Below are positions 59,760 through 64,000 of a stretch of DNA of 64,000 nucleotides, one piece after another. The first letter of the stretch is position 1. The number at the start of each line of letters is the position of its first letter. This stretch comes from the human T2T-CHM13v2.0 reference genome, Homo sapiens: the NCBI RefSeq assembly GCF_009914755.1, contig NC_060927.1, one strand, 5' to 3'. Position numbers and translations under genes: made by a program. The notes below the pieces were generated by a model. That model did no database searches and was not told the origin of the DNA. It worked only from the letters and a program-made list of their open reading frames with translations.

Positions 59760-59990
59760 GAGAACTTACGAACACAAAGAAGGAAACAACAGACACTGGG
59801 GCCCACTTGAGGCAGGAGGGTGAGAGGAGGGAGAGGAGCAGAAAACATAACTACTGGATACTGGGCTTAATACCAAGATAATTAAATAATATGTATAAAA
59901 ATCCCCCATGACCCATGTTTACCTATGTAACATGCCTTTACATGTGCCCCAAAAACTAAAATAAAAGTTAAAAAAACTAAAAATTTAAAA
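59760..59990 (+). mobile_element. L1PA15/16-like 3'UTR
   Basis: 'gaacacaaagaaggaaacaacagacactgggg...ctaaaataaaagttaaaaaaa'. Confidence 0.8.
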
Positions 59991-60181
59991 AGTGATCCTT
60001 TATTTTAAAAAAGTAAGCTTCATAAGGACAGAGACTTTATTCATTTATTTTTGGCACCACTTTATCTCTAGAACCTAGTAGAGTGCCTGGCATACATTAG
60101 CCATTCAATAATTTATGTTTTATTAACAAATTAATGGTAAAGGAATGAATTTAGGACAAAACATAGGCCAATTGTAGCTGA

Positions 60182-60478
<297 letters not shown>

Positions 60479-61299
60479 GTAGCTGATTTTTTTTTTCAGG
60501 AAAGTGTATTCAGAACAACACAATATGAACTAATAGAAAGAGAAGACTTTCTGAAAAAGCCAAAGCACTTTCAGAAGTCAAACAACAACAAAAACCTATT
60601 TTTTATTTTTTCATTCCTCTTTTCCAAAACAAAACAAAAGAAGAGGAAGAAGAAAGGAAAACCAGGAAACTAGGAGTCTGCAGGGGGTTTGGTTTCTCTC
60701 TGTTGTAATTCAGTCTTGGGCTTAATTCATCTGCTAAATTCTCTAACGGGTAATACAGAATCCAGAGCAGCAAACAGAGAGTGAGAGAATGAGTAATAAA
60801 TAAATGAAAGGAGAGTGATAAGACTCAGAGAACAAAACAAAACAAAGCTGTGCTGCAGCTGGCCATGCTGGACTCATGGTTGAACGCTCTAAAAAATACT
60901 GTTAATGGTGGAGGGAAGAAAAAGGTATTTTAAACCCAACTATAATCCCCTTCTATTTTCTGTCACTCTGGAAAAGCAGTACTTACAATGGCTTTCTCTG
61001 TGCTTCCCACGTGGGATTTAGCCGCTGTTGTAACCTTTGTGTTGTTCATTGTGAAGCTGGAAAAGTACAATTCCACTACATTTAAGCCACTTTGTAAGGG
61101 GAAATGCAACTGTCAGCTCAGGTGGCTTTAAGCTGTTGGAGCTTGGGGAACAAAACCAACTCATCTCTCCTCAACATCCCCACATAAGGAGAGAAGCTGA
61201 CAGATATAAGTTCTGTCTTCCCATAATAAACTCCTCCCATGCAATGCAGTGATTTCATTGAAAGGCACGTTGGAATCAACTGTAAAGCCAAAGAAAAGG

Positions 61300-61419
61300 T
61301 CTGCCCAACCCTTTCCCCCAGGAGATTCTGATTTATTTGGCCTGAGATGTCGCCTTGTCATTAGGATTTTTAAATGCTCCCAGGTGATTCTAACCTACAG
61401 CCAAAGTTGAGAACCATTG
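61300..61419. mobile_element. MER5A-like fragment
   Basis: 'gctcccaggtgattctaa...gccaaagttgagaaccattg'. Confidence 0.75.
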
Positions 61420-62344
61420 CAACTGGTTTTTATTTTCCTTTTTGCTTTTCTTTTTTTCCTTCTATTTATTTTTTTAGGTTCGTCTTTTCAGAATAGTTTT
61501 CTCTTTCCTGTGACTTTCAAATTTTGGTTCAGGCTTCTACTCTTACCTCATTTAAGAAACTGTGAGAAAAATGAACTTCTTCAAGGTCAAGCCTTCTTGG
61601 CTTATGGTAATTAGCCCATTGTATTTCCTTGACCACGATCACTGGTATGGGGACAAGCAAGTGATATAAACAGCCCAGTCAGGGTGGATCTCAGGACACT
61701 TGCTGAAAAGTCTGTAACAAGAACATTTTCTTTCTTCCTCAGGACATTATGATATGTGGCTATGAAGCGTACCCTAACTGATTTACTCTGACGTGCTTTT
61801 TTAATTTATTTTTATTTTTTTTTCCTGCCTCTCTTAAGTCTGAACCAGTTGTTAAAGATACCTAGATCCTCACTTGATATTTTTAGGGGACTGAAGTGAT
61901 CTTGCTAACCATTCATCATAATTACTTCCTAGAATAAGATAGATCCTAAAATAAAATATACTTTTTGTAACACGAAATGGAAGTGTTAGCTTCTCTCATC
62001 TGTACAGGGTCAATTGATGTGAGAACTGCAGGGAAGAGTACTTATATTTAATCTTGTGGCTTTCTCAGTGGCCCCACAACAAGCAAGTTGCATATCTGTC
62101 AGCAAATCAATAGTTGTTGAGTGGATGATTCACAGGAACATTGTGTTAGGAAGTGTGAGGTTGGCTTGTAGAATACAGAGAAAAGAAAGAAAGGTATAAC
62201 CCATGGTCTGAAGTAGTCTACTATTTAATCAAGCAGTTCTTCATACACTTCCAAAGTATAATTGCAGCCTGCTTCCCTATGGGAAGAAGGCTCAGGGGGT
62301 CATGCCTGTGTCTTACCTAATCTTTTATCTATTCTGCCTTTAGA

Positions 62345-62538
62345 CAAGCCAACCCATAGCCTGCGGGCAGCATGTATGTGGCTCAGGATGGCCGCCCAAC
62401 ACAAATTCATAAACTTTCTTAAAGCATTATGTTTTAGCTCATCAGCTATTGTTAGCGTTAGTGTATTTTAGGTGTGGCCCAGGACAATTTTTCTTCATCC
62501 AGCGTGGCCCAGGGAAGCCAAAAGATTGGACACTCCTG
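62345..62538. mobile_element. MER30 hAT element
   Basis: 'gcccaacacaaattcataaactttcttaaa...gggaagccaaaagattggacactcctg'; flanking ctttaga repeat. Confidence 0.88.
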
Positions 62539-64000
62539 CTTTAGAATGTTGAGCCAGAGAACACCAAAGCAGATAATACGGTTTCAATGACCTATGATCC
62601 TTTCTAGATGTACTCTTTCACTAGATCCAACAACCCGGGGCTTCTGCCAGGATACAGTGGAAATTAAAACCAGAATGGGTTCTGAAATCCTTCTCTCAGT
62701 TTTCATCCTTATATCTTACATATTACTTTTGCTAATTACAGAAACTAGCACTTTTCAAACAACCAGACGTGATTCCCCTGCTATCATTATGTAGTAATGT
62801 TTCACTGTCTAAGCTTCATCTCAAACTGACCTTTTTCTACTGGGAATCAAACTGTCCCCTTTCAACACATACAAAATTGAAATTTTTATGATGCTACAAA
62901 CTAATCTGACAAAGAAACTGTAGTCTTGAGGAATTCTGAATTCTGATTAAAAATATAGCTTGCAAATATTTTCCTAGTTCTTTATGGAATGAAATTATTT
63001 GGATTTCATAGGCAGATTTCAGTCACATTGACAGAGAGGCAAAAGTCCCAGAGATATATTGAATTTTCTTATAGGCAGCCACCCATGAAGTTAAAATCCA
63101 AGGGAAATCAAATTTATTTAGTTCAGTCATTTGCCTTCAGTAATGACTTGCTCTTGCACCAACCATAACATTTCTCTACTATTATAACGACTTTGAACAT
63201 TTTTGTGTATCAGATTATTTTCACTTCAACACAGTTTCCCTGCTTCACTGCCAGACCAATCCAGTGCTTCGAGATGCTGTCAGTTCACATGAAGGGACAA
63301 TTTGCAGCCTCCACAGAGTAGGTGAAGTGCGCCATCGTGACCGGTTACACTCAAGTCATGAGCCTTTACCTTCAGATTGAAGCAGCACTATACATTTTCT
63401 CCTACAGCGTGCAAGTCAGTCTAGAGATCTTAGTTTTAAGATTGGAGGTTCAGGTGTGTATAGAAGGTGTGTGTAAAAGCCATATAGCTTTAAACATTAA
63501 CTTTTAGATCTTAAAATCAATTTAGATCCTTACAAATTGATTTTTTTCTCAATATGGTGAGAGTCAGGAGTTTACTTAAAAATATATTAATAGTCAATTA
63601 TTCCAGCATGATATACTGAAGTTTGTTTTTTCTACACTTCTCTGCAGTAACACCATAATAAATCAAAGATCCATTTATGCTAAGCTTTTAGACGGTAGGT
63701 ACAGGCTGCTTTGAACGTTCCTGCATCTTGTTCTGTGGTGTGGGTAAGAAGCAGGAATAAAAATTTTCAGAGAACTCACTTCTGATCCATGGGTAGTGCT
63801 GGAGCAGGCTCAAAGATGCATGTGCCTTCCCCTGACTTAGACCATTTGCTGATAGTTTCTTCAGCGCCTCATAAGAAACTGATATTGAGGCTTTCCTAGT
63901 ATTACAAAGCCTGGAGCAGGCCAGGGAACAAGCCCAGGTTTTCCAAAGACATGTGATTTTTATTTTTTAAACTCTATTGTTATGAAATAGAATGGATACA

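Overview
Primate (most likely human) genomic DNA. It is AT-rich, CpG-poor and dominated by interspersed repeats, typical of an intergenic or deep intronic segment. I cannot support any host protein-coding gene or RNA gene: the long ORFs are L1 ORF2 or MaLR remnants, and the rest are Alu-derived or chance ORFs. Main contents: a 5'-truncated L1PA3-like element with a perfect 17-bp TSD (6185-8225); an old 5'-inverted L1 with a nested LTR and Alu (8243-10835); an essentially full-length old L1MA2/3-like element on the minus strand, with a ~2-kb repeated-monomer 5'UTR (11875-20457); a complete THE1C-like MaLR provirus nested in an old L1 (35823-38202); ten Alus or Alu fragments; and several MLT/ERV LTRs, L2/CR1/MIR relics and small DNA transposons. 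I found no convincing new biological system. The most interesting signals are mechanistic: non-canonical TT starts on both THE1 LTRs, hairpin-plus-tandem-duplication scars, a recent 115-bp duplication, a 55-bp L1 micro-insertion and an Alu with an extra 3' insert. A few candidate regulatory stretches lie in unique DNA. Subfamily names come from remembered consensus sequences, not from a RepeatMasker run, and the boundaries of old repeats are approximate.
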